DNA of 62,615 bases, filler included, from Choristocarpus tenellus KU-1152 (GCA_964200185.2; 7 parts of 7 records of this genome joined end to end with filler, not necessarily neighbours in it), one strand, 5' to 3'; positions 48,943 through 62,049 are shown, counted from the whole stretch's first letter. The notes: generated from the letters alone by a model not told the origin. Made by a program: numbers and translations.

Positions 48943-51071
48943 GTATCAACAGTCACAGCCAGGGCTGTGTATCCGGAGGCCAGAGCCCGCTTCACCAGCT
49001 GCATGGTGATCTCCCGATCCTATAAGAAGCGAGGTGCATTTTTTGTGTGCGATAAATTAATGAGGTGAGTGTCAGCTAATAAAAGTTGTCAAGGACAGGA
49101 TGTCCTTCCCACAGTGAGGTGATTGCCTGAGGCTCGGCATACAAGGAGATGTGGGGTGAGGCCTAGCTAACTACCACTGCAGTATTGATGACTCACAAGA
49201 TCATAGTTAAGGATTAAAATATCTTCTGCCTTTGATAGTATTATTGCATGTGTACAATTGATGCTTGTGTTTCTCCCTTCAAAGGAAACTTGGGAAGATT
49301 AAAAAGGATTTTTTCGGAGATAAAAAGTTATCAAACGTAAGCGGTACATTTGACAGTTTTTTTGTTGTTGTTGGATGAAGTGACACCTCATATATATATA
49401 TATACACTTGTATCGACATCTATGATGCCAATGGACAACTCAAGGGGCCTTGATCATGCTGCCATTGACAATCCAGAAATACTAACATAGAAAAAAATTC
49501 ACAAAAAAGGGGCTAACACCAAATCGTTAAGGTTGCTCCAAAATCAAGTTCATGATTGACAGGCAAAATACAAATACACCTAGGCGGAAAGACCAGACAC
49601 CAAGATTTAAACCTTTCATCGATCTCAGGGGATGAGAAGCCGATCAACTGTGTTTCAATTTCACCTTAGCTAAAGTTGTGTACATGATAAAGGGAGGAAT
49701 GGGTAGGGTACCTTGTAGATGTAGAGTTGAAACCAGCGCACCCCACCAGGGGCAGCCTTGGCCACATCCTCCAATGGTGTTGTGGACCAGGAGCTCAGAG
49801 TCATGAGTGCACCAGCAGCAGCAGCAGCACGGGAGGTTGCTTGTTCCCCATCATCGTGTGCCATCCTTTGCATTGCTGAGAGCAGACCAGGATTGGATGA
49901 GGTGCAAGCAACAGTAAGGCAAAAAAACATAGTGGTTGTACCTTGTGGTTAGAACATAGATACACCTAGTATCACTCTGCATCCAAGTCTCTCACCTAGA
50001 CATGAATAAAAAACGGTTGTCCACCACTATTTTGCATCACCCTGTTTGGATCTCAAAGATTTACTGTTCACATGAGCCTATTCCAACATCCTGGAGAAGT
50101 GAAATTCTTTTCTACACTCACACTCAACACTATTCACACGTCTCACTATCAGAACAAAAGAACAAGTCTCCAACCCCAGACAACATAATCAAGCGAGGCA
50201 ATTAACAGCAAAAGCGGATGGGTGCTCAGAAGCAAACAAAGCAACATCCCTTGGAGGGGGACGTCCAGTTCTTCCCCTTACCGGTGGGAGCAATGCAGAT
50301 GGGAGAGGACACCTTCTCCCCCAACACAGTTGTGCTCAGGTCCACTGTGCTCACATCCCGCAGAATGCGAGGTCGCAGGCGTAGGCGGTTGTAAGCGGCC
50401 CTGTACAGTTTTCCAGTAAGAGATGCAGATTGCGTGTGGAGACAGGGTAGAGATGAGGGACAAGACTACATCCTGTCGGCGAATGCACTGCTTTGGAGAT
50501 GAGAGTGAGAATCGCACAAAATATCTGCATCAACACACTTCCCATCACCTCACAGCAGTGAAAGCTGATCACTCAAGTGAAAAGGTACACAGTTGAGGGC
50601 CAAGGTCCAGTAAAGGCGGCCAACTCAACAGGTCAGACAAAATACACAGCAATTGGTAACATATTCCTAAAAATATCGTCAGGAATTCTCGTCCTGAAAT
50701 GCTGTACACTGAGCCGTATACTGGAGGAAGCAATGGTGTGGCATGGCCTCTTGATTCTAGCTCTAGAGATTCTAGCTAACATCCTCATGCCTCTAGTCAC
50801 TACATTCTCGCCTGTTCTCGCGGAGAGTTATCATGTCGTTTGCTCCACTGGCATAGTAGTCAAAGGCGTTCTTGGACAGCATCATCTGTGCATGGCGCTC
50901 ATACTCGCGGATGTTCAAGGGCTCCCATCCTTTTGGGTGGGAAATGTTTTGTAGGTGCCGCAATAACGAGGAACGATGGGAGAATGTGCACAGTGAAACG
51001 TTGGGGGTCACGGGGAGTCAGAGAAGCCACCCACCATGGCGGAGGGGTTTTCTCTTGGTCTTGAACAACAT
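48943..51071 (-). CDS. GOX: Glycolate oxidase / FMN-dependent (S)-2-hydroxy-acid oxidase, 3'-partial
   Basis: Exons 51071-51035 (tentative), 50929-50812, 50400-50282, 49875-49712, 49019-48943. Protein: [55 protein letters not shown]...[18 protein letters not shown]...MTLSSWSTT...[35 protein letters not shown]. Confidence 0.95.
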
Positions 51072-52731
51072 GAGCGCAACCAATTGATGAGTGTCCAGAA
51101 CAAACAAGCAGAGGAGGGGGGTGGTTGATATCACCCGTAATACTCCTGACTCGTGTTCACCAAAACTTTCCACACTGCAGGGAATGCTCAGATATTCCTT
51201 ATCTAGACAGAAAAATCGTGATGACGTTACTGGTAGCGTACACATACACATAGTCAAGTCAGGCACGGCGACCGAAGTGGAGTCACTTGGGAGAATAATT
51301 TATCTTCAAATGGTCGTTCCGAATGTCGAAGTGACTGGACAGGGTAGAAACAGGATACATCTGGTATCGAGGATGAAGTGAAGACTTATACATTGAAGTT
51401 ATGCAAGGTAGCATAAAACCAGAATCGAAGGGAACACACGATCACTTCATGCGAACAACAAGGGTAGCATGAGTAGCTAAGACTGCTATAAAACCCCTGC
51501 GAGCATTAGCGTATCAGTTGTAGTCCCAGAGTCCAAAATAGTAGATGAATCATTGTGTTAGGTGAGTGAGGAAAACCCACGTCTCTGATCGCGTAAAGTA
51601 ACCAGCCAGGCATCTTCATGCATACAGAGCATATCCAAAAACAGATCCCTGGATCATCAATCGTTTCTGATCATCCAATCAACGCTATCCAAACTTATTC
51701 ATGCGGTTCGCCACTCCAATCCTCGACCAAGTAATATAGACAACTCCCATCACCGATGTCATTTCGACTCAAAGATCAAACGAGAAAACTAGATTCTCAC
51801 CCTCCTATATAGAAACCCACCTGCAGACTGAGGGGCTTGGGGAATCTCCCTCGAAGGCCCGACTGGTGCTGTCATGTTGTCATCCATAGTGCTGGCTTAC
51901 GTTGTTCTCTCCCTATCCCTGTCTATCTGTCGTGACGGGTCGAAGTTGAAGACGACCCTACCGTAGATGAAACCGTATCCGCCTAGCAGTCCTGTACTCG
52001 CACCAGATATAATGAACGTCTGAACTGTGGAGTACGCAGTGGTTAGCAGGTGGGTCCAAGGTGATCTGGAGATGGCGGCTTATTTCACTACTCGATACAT
52101 GAAAAACACTTACACACGCACGAAACGAAGAGACGCCTTAAATTTTGGTTCATACCAACTCCCTAAACCCTAACACCAAACAATCATGATCCAAATCCAC
52201 CTTTACAAAAAACTCAACCAAAAAATGTACAAGTCAGACCACCTTCTTGATCTTTGCATCTATTTTGTGCAAGGGCTCCTCTGCCCGTCTCTGCTGCGCG
52301 TTTGGATGATCTAGTGAAGCGCTTCATGTCAGGTCTGCCTGGTCGTGCTGTCGATGCCTGCAATTCGACTGGAGATTGTAGATTTCTTTCTTGTTGACAC
52401 TCGGTCCCGTTTCAGCAGTTGCGTTGTGGGACCAGACTTCTTGCGTGGTAGCTTAAACTACTAATTAGAATAATCCGTACTACGCCTGATCAATACTCAA
52501 GTCATGGCAAAGGTGGCGTGCAGGAGGGGTGGTGGGGGCTATGCGCTCGTAGGCAGGTCCTACGCAGATTTCCCAAGCATCATGGCCCTGGCTCTTTTTG
52601 CCTGTTGTTGTGGAGTACTCGTGGGCTCCTTCGTCCACTCTCCGGCCTTGATCCCTCATTCGAAGCAATCGTGGGCTGATGGAAGGTATGAAACCTTGAT
52701 TTTTTATGCCCTGCCGCATCGTATTTGCATG

Positions 52732-52837
52732 ATAGCAGTATGGTGTTACGATTTCGTCCACAGTGTCCCCTTCCTTGATGCATCATAGCAGTATGGTGTT
52801 ACGATTTCGTCCGCAGTGTCCCCTTCCTTGATGCATC
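52732..52837. repeat. Tandem duplication, 53-bp unit x2
   Basis: ATAGCAGTATGGTGTTACGATTTCGTCC.CAGTGTCCCCTTCCTTGATGCATC twice. Confidence 0.9.
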
Positions 52838-54502
52838 AACATCCATCTAGTCAAAGGGTGAACACGTTTGGAAGTATATGATTATCACAGACTAGTCTGG
52901 AAAACCGGTTCAATGCTAGAAGGGTGGGCTTCACCCTTGTACACACATGCAGCGATGTGCATTGTCGTGATCTGTTGACCGTCTCATCAATGCTACGTAA
53001 ACAGATTCCAGAATGGCTGCAGTGAGGAGCACCGATCAAGCGATTCCTGTCGAGCACAAGCCTCCAGTTTTCAATTTCCGAGAAATCTCGTGGGTGTGAT
53101 AAGGATGGAAGACTCGATTGGGGACGTTGGAGAGGAGGGGAGTGACAAGGGTGCGAGCAACTGTGCAAGTGCTGGAGGTATTTCTTTCACTTGGGGAGAT
53201 GTAGATGGAGGAATAAACAGAGGAGAATTTGTTCGAATGCTGGCGGGTATTGGGATAGCAACTCCTCTTCTGAGTGCTACCACGGGTGGAGTCGCGCCAG
53301 CGGACGCAGTGAGTTTGTTGATGTCGGTCCTTAGAAAGCATCGGATTTCACGATCTTGATTTTCGATTTCATGTCCAGTATGGTACCGCTGCCGAGTGTA
53401 AGCTGGTTGACCTCTGCCAGCGGTTTCCAGTGATAAAGTTTCGCCTATATGTAGGATCCAGCATGCCTAGTATGCTTGACTAGATCGCACAATCTTCAAA
53501 CTGTGTTCCTCAAACAGTTTATGGAATGAATCAAATGGGGTGGAGAACCTATATTGTCCTACCACGCCATAAGCAGTAATCACAATCTAATGCGCTTCTC
53601 CTTGCAGTCAAAACTGCATAGTCACACAGTAGTATATTACTTTAAGTTTCTGAAGGGGGCGGGAGGGGGGGAAAGGATTGCCTGTTATGCACCTTTCACC
53701 ATTCAGTGGTTGCTCTGCTAGGAAGTTTAGACGGCAGGTGGCTTAACTCAATGCATGCTCCATCTCAAACGATTGGATTACTCCATTTGTTTGTCCTGAA
53801 AATGCTGTTTGAGTCCTTAAGCTTCCCCACAGAGTCTATTCAGGTTTCTTTTCCACAATTGACCTTGGAGTCCTGTTTGATTTTCTGCTGTTGCTCCTCC
53901 ACCACCCTGTTGCATTTTTTTTTTTAGGTGTGTGATGACATCGTGATAGTCCTTCAATTGACATTTGTTCAGACTCTTTTCCAATTGAAGTTGTTTGCTT
54001 CTGAGGATGAGATGTTAGCTATGACTTTTGCTTTGTGGGTGGTTCCTTCGGGTCACCATTTTGTTAGATCTTGTACATGAAACTTACTCTCATTGCTGTC
54101 TCTCTGTGCAAGAAATATTTTACCGCCTTCGTCAACCCTCATAAGAACTTTTTATTCATAGCTACAATGGCATTAACTGTGAAGTATTTGTTGATGGACA
54201 TCTCATGTTTGCACAGATATGTAGTATCCCCAGCATATGAGACGTAGACAAATCGCCATGTATGCTCCTATGCTTCTGGAGTGTGTTCCCTAATTGGCCA
54301 CTTGTCCAAGGGTCGATTTATTTTTGCGGCCACTGTCGTGCCACTGTAGACAATAGAGACCCTTCCTCGCTTCTTGAACTTCTTGTTTGTTGCCACATAG
54401 CCTTTTATCATCTTTATTTATCGCCACATAGCCTGCACATTGCATAGTGTCTTTTGTAAGTGTCTGCAACACCTCTACTCACTCCTATGTACAAGTGGCA
54501 CA

Positions 54503-54625
54503 AACAAGTGGCACTTGACCTAGACGGCATTTGCATCTAATCTATCTTATCATGAAGGCCCCTCAACAAGTGGCACTTGACCTAGATGGCATTGCGTCTA
54601 ATCTATCTTATCGCGAAGGCCCCTC
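54503..54625. repeat. Tandem duplication, ~62-bp unit x2
   Basis: AACAAGTGGCACTTGACCTAGA...ATCTATCTTATC..GAAGGCCCCTC twice. Confidence 0.88.
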
Positions 54626-56234
54626 TGGAGCGCGTCCGGCTGGGATCGCCCATCCTGACTGAATCAATCCTCCTTGACCTGCTACCGATCAGCGGACGAG
54701 GAGCACAAACTCTACGGAACATTCAGGTTAGGGTTAGGGAGGATCAGGGGTGATATGTAGGCAGGTGTCAGGTGTCGGGTGTCGGGTTTTTATATTCTAG
54801 TGGCATTTTCATTTCGGGGTTGGTTGGGTCATGGAAGGAGGTGTTGTGGTCGGGACATGAGTGTATGCCTATGCTTGGTGGGGCTGGGGGGAGGGGATAC
54901 ACTGTTGTGTAAGCTCGTTTGTGTTGTTGCCAAGTGGACTTGCTCTGTGTGTCTGTTTGACAGCTTGGTGATCAGATGCTTATTTTTCTAGGGTTTCCGG
55001 GATTGCTGGTTGGCTTATGGATTCTATACGTATGTTAGTGGGAGAGAGGAGAGTGGATGATGTTGCAGAACATGCTGAAGGATGTGAAAGAGCTTGGTAT
55101 GGTTTGTGTGGGTGCGTGTGCTTATGGAGTCATTGAGTGGTGGGTTTCTATGACTTTTGGAAGGAGGGACATTTGCTCGACAACAATGCTGTTCATTTGT
55201 CCATATGCATAGACAAAAATACATATATATATATATATATATATACATATACACCTCAAAAACGGTCAGGTGCTATTGGTGTTTCAACAATGTATGCTAT
55301 CAGTTGGAGTTGGTGTATGAGCAAGATGACATTAAAGAGTTGTAGCAGTAGTGGTTATTATCATTCTGCGAACACATCTGAATAACAATAAGTGTTATTA
55401 ATAATAGTAATGACAGTAAGAACTTTATTTTTAAAACAAATGTTTCAACTGACAACTCGACTCAAGGACACCGATTGAGATTATCATGCTTGGAGGCTCT
55501 CATCACTGAAACTGTTGTCTGTTGTGTTGGATGGCAACTAAAGTGAACGTTATGTGTTGTCTGTACTGTGTGTTACTCAGAGTACATTGAACTATCTATG
55601 CACAGAACTCCTGATAGCTAGAGTTGATATGTACCATTATACTGTAGAATTTAGTGCAATCAATGCAAGGAGATATTTCTGATATTTTGTATTGAAGTGT
55701 AAGTACATACAGATTGGAGTATTGCATTGCAGTCAAATTCAATCTGGATGTTAAACAAGATGGTACAAACAAGGTGCTGTTGTACTACAAACGCACAGTG
55801 GAGGATTTTGTATATTCACTCTAGGCCTTGGCATTATTTTAGATATCCTGACCTTTGCCCGTTTTTATACCACCCCAGCTAACTTCTGTAAAAAAAGTCA
55901 CAGCAATCATTCCACCTTCAAATCACCCAAGGATTTCCCATCTCCGCTTGCCATTGCTTCTGGAGAGTGAGTTGTCTGGTGTTGCAACAATCAATTGCAG
56001 TGTGTCAATCACTCTCTTCCAGTGAGCCTTGCGGCCTTAGGGTTAGGGTTTGTCTGCAGTGATTGAGTTGATGGCAATACCCACATGCGAGGTGTTGGCT
56101 GTGCCAACCTTCCTTCCCTTGGGCTGATGTAGGGAAATGTGAATGTGAATGTCTTCCCTCTTGTTGTCATGTAGGCATGATGATTGACCCTGTTGTGGTC
56201 GTCATGTTCACAGAGCGCCCCTGGAGGCCCACAG

Positions 56235-56334
56235 NNNNNNNNNNNNNNNNNNNNNNNNNNNNNNNNNNNNNNNNNNNNTTAATTAATTAANNNNNNNNNN
56301 NNNNNNNNNNNNNNNNNNNNNNNNNNNNNNNNNN
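56235..56334. other. Artificial contig linker
   Basis: N44-TTAATTAATTAA-N44. Confidence 0.97.
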
Positions 56335-56387
56335 CCTGTCCAGTGGATACCAACATTATATCGCACTCTTGCACACACACACACACA

Positions 56388-56567
56388 GACTAAAAGTATC
56401 TCGGGGGGGGAGGGGGGTCTACACCGGGGTGTCTATTTCGGTCAAAATCAGGGAAGGTGCATTTACAATATCCATCAGACATATGCAACCATATCACCCA
56501 AAAATCGTGACATTAACAAATTGACCCCAAATGGACAGCCGCCATCCCCCCTCAGATACTTTGGACC
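56388..56567 (-). mobile_element. MITE family B copy (180 bp)
   Basis: GACTAAAAGTATCT...AGATACTTTGGACC; flanked by ACA/ACA within a CA microsatellite. Confidence 0.88.
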
Positions 56568-56754
56568 ACACACAATATAGACATCCATAAAATTAACAAA
56601 ATTATGTAACATTTTAAGCACTCGAAACTACTCAGCAAATCTGACTAAAAAAAATCTCGTCGCAAAAAAATGAAAGTTTTAAATATAAATCCATCGAGAG
56701 ACTGAAGCCACCCTCTTCACTTCTCTTACTATACTACATACACTACACCTCCAG

Positions 56755-57077
56755 CTGCAGTCCCCCCCGTACAAGACGACTACCCTCCTGCAGCCCTCTT
56801 TGACCACCCCCCCCACCTCCTCCGCCACCACATCATTCCTTGCCTTCGCAATCACCTTGTTCGACTGCCCCCACGCATCCATGCCAGATGGGCTGTTAGA
56901 AAAAGAGAAGAAATCCAGAAGCAGAGGGGTGAAGGGGGTCCAGAAGGGAAGGGGCGGGATTTGATGGATGGGGGGCTCACAATCTCACAATCAGAAGAAT
57001 ATACCACTGACACAATTTCAAACACCAAAGAGCACAAGCTTCTAGACAATACCTGTTGCCCCCCCCCCCAGTTCTAG
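56755..57077 (+). CDS. Possible terminal exon of an unknown protein
   Basis: Pyrimidine tract + CAG at 56752-56760, then a stop-free frame (VQDDYPPAALFDHPPHLLRHHIIPCLRNHLVRLPPRIHARWAVRKREEIQKQ...) to TAG at 57075; no recognisable domain. Confidence 0.3.
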
Positions 57078-57641
57078 TTGCTATGGCCAACAGCTCAGTT
57101 GGACATACATATGGTGTTATCTCATTCGTACCTGTACACCTCCTTGGGGGGTATAATGGCCTATTGAGGGGGTGGTGACTGATGTGATGTATGGTGTACG
57201 GGTGTGCAGTGCCTCCAACAACTAAAAACAAACAAAACAAACATATCATTTTTTTCTGTTTTTTTGCTTCTGATTTGTGTTCGAGTAGAGGTGTGGGCCG
57301 TACGATAGAGCCCCCCTCTGAGTATTAAAAAAAAAGAAATCCTGAACATTTATTTTTTATTCTTTCTGTTGCTGGTTCTGGTTTCCTGTGGAACTGTTTC
57401 ATGTACGTGTATACACCCACTGCTATTTGAGAAGGTTCTTCCGTCGAGATATTTTTTCTCTCTTTCATCTCTTCTTCCGCGTCTTCCATTGCTTAATTTC
57501 CGGTTGTGTTAGCTCTGGCCCTACCTCCGACAAGACTGGACAAATGAGTGATACTCAATGGATAAATTTAATCACCTCTATATAGTTGGAGCTAGGGATT
57601 GTACTGTAATCCTCCCGCGGTCAGAACCCCCCCCCCCCCCA

Positions 57642-57702
57642 ATCGGAAGAGCACACGCCTGAACACCACGCACCTCCGAATCCCGTCTCCCGNNNNNNNN
57701 NN
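57642..57702 (+). other. Illumina TruSeq adapter remnant plus 10-N gap (assembly artefact)
   Basis: ATCGGAAGAGCACACGCCTGAACACCACGCAC resembles GATCGGAAGAGCACACGTCTGAACTCCAGTCAC; translates NRKSTRLNTTH; flanked by poly-C. Confidence 0.9.
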
Positions 57703-58373
57703 CCCCCCCCCCTCCAACATGAAGCCCCAGCTAGAATATAAACAGATAGACTGCTCAGAAAAGATACTATGCCTGTGGAAATGTTAGAAGCAACAAGGGC
57801 TCTATGCTTTTGTGTGTGTGGTCAAGATGTGGTCGCCTTTCGTCAATTTACTCCCTCAAAATGTACACAACGGGAAGGAGAGGAGGATCATTGCGCTACC
57901 CAAGCACCGAACATATTCTCAGAGATGAGATTTTGGCTTGGAAGTCGACATATTTTGAAAAGTTGACACAGTTCTACAAGTACTTATTTTTCTTTGCAGG
58001 CAAGAATCGCCCCGGAAACACGAAAGCTTCTTGTACTGCTTCTGATATCGGCATAGTTCTCCGAATCATACACATAATACGTCAAAATTGGCTCATTGTA
58101 TACAGCTCTTTCGGGTTTTGGTAGGTTCTGGAACCTTAACAAGAGTGTTATTTCCCTTTGATATGGCCTTTTATCACAGTGCTAGGTCGTCGGATGTGCC
58201 AATCAGTGTGGTATTTTACTCAGGATATGCCTGCAAAATTTACACATTGGTTTCAAGGCATGGGGTATCAACTGCCGCCAATCAATAAACACAGGGGTCT
58301 GTCCCTAACCCAGCTTCTCCTCACCTCATCATCCTGCCCTCAGTCTGACCTCTTTGCTCTATCTTGAAACAAC

Positions 58374-58634
58374 GAGTGAAAGTATCATAGAGGGTACGAG
58401 TTTTGCCCTGTTTGTCCTTTTGGGGGTTAGGTTCCCACGGGTTTTTTATGACACTTTCCTACTCCGAAATGGTTCAGAGGGGGTAAAATGTATACATTAT
58501 GAAAACGTGTGTCTGGAACAAGGATATTGACACTTCCCAACAAACACCATAATAGCCAAAATTACATCAAAATCGCAACATTGAATTTGCGCCATCAAAT
58601 GGATGCGGCTCTACCCTCTGACATACTTTGACTC
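58374..58634 (-). mobile_element. MITE family A copy (best preserved, 261 bp)
   Basis: GAGTGAAAGTATCATAGAGGGTA...TACCCTCTGACATACTTTGACTC; AAC on both flanks. Confidence 0.9.
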
Positions 58635-60835
58635 AACCTGCTGTCCAAATCCTAGCTTTCACGCTGTTGCAAAGTCCCCAACAAGGGCCCTCTCCATGAT
58701 CACTGATAATAAACTGGACAACCCCCCAGCCCTGAGCAAGAAACGGTGTGAATAGTGTAAAGACAGAAGTAATCAAAAAGTAGGGGAAGGGGAAGGGGGA
58801 ATTAGGCAAGACTGCACTTATTCTGCACAAGTTTATTGGTATGAACTTCGTTGCAACTCTGCCTGCAAACAGATATACTTAGGTTAGCTTCATGCCAAAA
58901 CGCCTCCATCCTTCCCTCCCCTCCTCCCCACACTTGCAGGGCCCAAGAGAGTTGCCACTAGCTTACATATTACAACTGAATGATTGAAATAGTAATGATA
59001 TCAGAACACTTTGACGCCCAAAAACAAGCAAAAAAGGTCCGGCATGAGAATAATGTGGGTAGAGTGGGAGAGGCTGGTGGTTGAATGTTATGGATAACTG
59101 TACTCTCAAGTAAAATACATCATGGGTACAAGAAGGGCATGTAGATTGCAAATATTTACCAAAAATACTGTGTAGGAAAGGAAAAGGTCGGAGTTGGCAA
59201 AGGCAGGGAGACAATTCTGGGGGCATTTGGGACTGTCAACCACTGAGTGGAAAGGCAAGGTGAGGAAGCTGGCACTGGAGACTGAGTTCTTTTTGGTGGC
59301 AGCAATCTGAGGACAAATCCACACCCCTTATATTCTCAATACGAAGAAGAGGAAAACCAACTTCCTCCTAAATATTTGGAGAAAATGATGCATGGTCCAG
59401 AGAGGGATTGCATGCTGATAGCAACTTGGCTTCCACCTGGGGTATATTCTTGCCCAATCCAGTCGCATGATCTCCGCCTCAGGGCAGGGAGTTAGCCACA
59501 ACAAACCACGGATGATCAGGGAGGGCCCATCCAGTGCCCTAAAATGTAGTGGGGGCAGCAACTCTCGGTTTGAATTTTCCACCCTCTGTGGCCTGTCGCT
59601 GCGTTCCTGCCCACCAACAGCCCTCGAGTCACCTGGCATTCCCATCGCGTAACTAGATCATATCCATGTCATGGACACCTTTGCATGTGTTTACCTGAGC
59701 AGTGGTAACATTTTTTTTCGAGCGGTATATGCTCCGGACGACTTACTCTTGAGTGTTTTGGCTAGTGAAAGATACTCAAGGACGGCAAATGGGGGGGTGG
59801 TGGTGACAATGAGGTGTGCGTGATCGAGTATTTAATTGGAGATACAGGTTACGCGATGGTGTTTCTCGCACCTCCCCCCCACAAACTCTTGCCATCCCGA
59901 CTCTCCCAGCTGCTTCTCCCCCATTTCAGCTTGCATTTCTTGACTCTCACTTCGGTTAAGGCCAAGCCAGAAACCACGCAGGTCTCTTACTGTTGGGGCG
60001 GACCTCATTACAGAGGACGGTAGTTGCGACAGTCCAATTGGGCAAACAGCCCGTAGCTCTGTGCCAGGAGTTCCTCGGGAGATCCAAGAATGCAGGAGCG
60101 CAGATAGGATAGGGTATAAAATGTAAGAACAGTGATGTGAAAATTATAGAAAATCCTACCTAGAGACACCTTCACAACCTCCTCACCAATATCAAATGGG
60201 GAAAAGAATACGAATGACGCAACAGAACGCATTGATTGTCACATGTCACTGCTCAATGGGAAAACTTTGAATGGATGCACTTTTTTTCGTGCTCAAGTCT
60301 CAAGGCCTCCCAGGGCTTTGCTTTTCGCATAAGAAAACGACAAGGTCTTGATCAGACTCTGCTGGAGATAAGGCACTTATCTAAGGACGACTTGATATGG
60401 CAAATGCGGTAATACACAATGCAACAAGGAGAAACGTGTCGGGGAAGGGCAAATTATATACATAATACATTACGATAAGAAATGCTCGTTGGCAAACATT
60501 GCCCTTTTTTCGCTAGGAAAGAAAATCAACTCCTATTTACCCACCCCGTACCTGATCCCTGATGGGGTACACCCGTTGCACGATTGTTCTTCTCTCGTCG
60601 TCCTTGCTGACCACATCTGTCCCCATGATCAACTCAAAAAGAACCCGATCGTCGCCCTCTGCATCCCCAAGAATGTCACGATAGTATGCTTAGTCTATTG
60701 ATCTCGCAGAGGTTTATCCCTTTTGATGCTGACTACTAGCCCAGATATTCTGTCCTATGTAGTACACATCACACTCCACCCATTCCTCAGAAGCGGCCAT
60801 ATCTAGAGTAAGATCCTTGTTCTTCCCTTTGTGGT

Positions 60836-61553
60836 TGTTAAAATATAACCTACTCATTCGATTTGCTTTGATACGATACAGCATCGTCAGTCCATTGCAA
60901 TGGTCTCTATTCCCATTAACATTATTACCTCATTTGCTCATCATCACAACTCACTCAGAAGATCACAGTATACAGGATATATAGGAACAGTCGCTAACTA
61001 TCACTCATCCTTCAGGCATACTATGTGTGAAAGTATTTACGTTAGATATGGATTCCAGTTTGGCTTCTTCTTTCTTACTCGTGTTACTTCTTCTTTTTCA
61101 CACAAGTTATCAGTTACATACCATCTGTTGACTCTTGTTTTCTTACTTGACTGGGATTACCTGTTTACTCTACAACACGTATCAGACACACTCCAGGATG
61201 CAAAATAATTAGGGTTAAAGCCATCATCCTCATAAATCCTTCTCAAACAAGGTCACAACCCTCTTCACAGAGGATGAACTTCGTCATTTGAGCGTCTCAA
61301 TGAATGACCACACACTCTCTATCAATCGTAGTCTTCTGCTCTGAGCAAAACATGTCACAGACGTACCAGTACACATTTCACTTCAACCAAAGTCTGACAA
61401 AGTAAAACATCCCTTCAGTCACACCAGACCGAACCTACAGGTGTCTTGTTGCACGATAACTCGCACCTGTTTCTAAACGTGTTAATCACACAGCACAACC
61501 AAACCTACTTTCACATCGAACATTGTCGGATTGAGTAAAACATGCCATCAGAA
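60836..61553 (+). mobile_element. LTR family copy, 3'-truncated
   Basis: Starts TGTTAAAATATA..TACTCATTCGATTTGC and is colinear with 25785-26530 (CATTTGAGCGTCTCAATGAATGA, GACGTACCAGTACACATTT). Confidence 0.88.
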
Positions 61554-61790
61554 CTATAGTGGTAGCAGTAGCTTCGCTCTCTGGGGTTGTCCCGTCATAT
61601 TTTTTTATGTAGACATTGGATTTAAAAAATAATGCAGACATGATGTCCGTCCCAAGATCCTCCAGAGTACGAGCTTCATATTTTTTCGACATTTTTTTCT
61701 TTTTTTGAAGAAAGAGCAGTCATATTGGAATTCGAACCCTGGATTGTAGGTCACCAAGATGCACTATTACTTGATTAAAGTATAGGGTTT

Positions 61791-61970
61791 GGCTCAAAGT
61801 ATCTGGGGGATGGTGGCGGCTGTGCATTTGGGCACATTTTTTTTACGTCGTGATTTTTGTGTGATTTGGTTGCATACGTTGAATGGATAATGTAAGTGCA
61901 CTTTTCCTGCTTATGGTCCAAATGGACACCCTGGTATAGAACCCCCCCACACACATACATACTTAGGGTC
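61791..61970 (+). mobile_element. MITE family B copy (180 bp)
   Basis: GGCTCAAAGTATCTGGGGG...CATACTTAGGGTC; TTT on both flanks. Confidence 0.85.
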
Positions 61971-62049
61971 TTTAGGTGGGAAAAAAAGCCTCCCCGCCCT
62001 TTCTTTCTGTGTGTTCGTGCAATCGCTCTTTGACCTCAGCAAGGATATC

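Noticed and set aside
22637-51071. Apparent redox/ROS gene cluster (MnSOD, DUF547, glycolate oxidase)
   Set aside because: The three genes lie on different contigs joined by artificial linkers.
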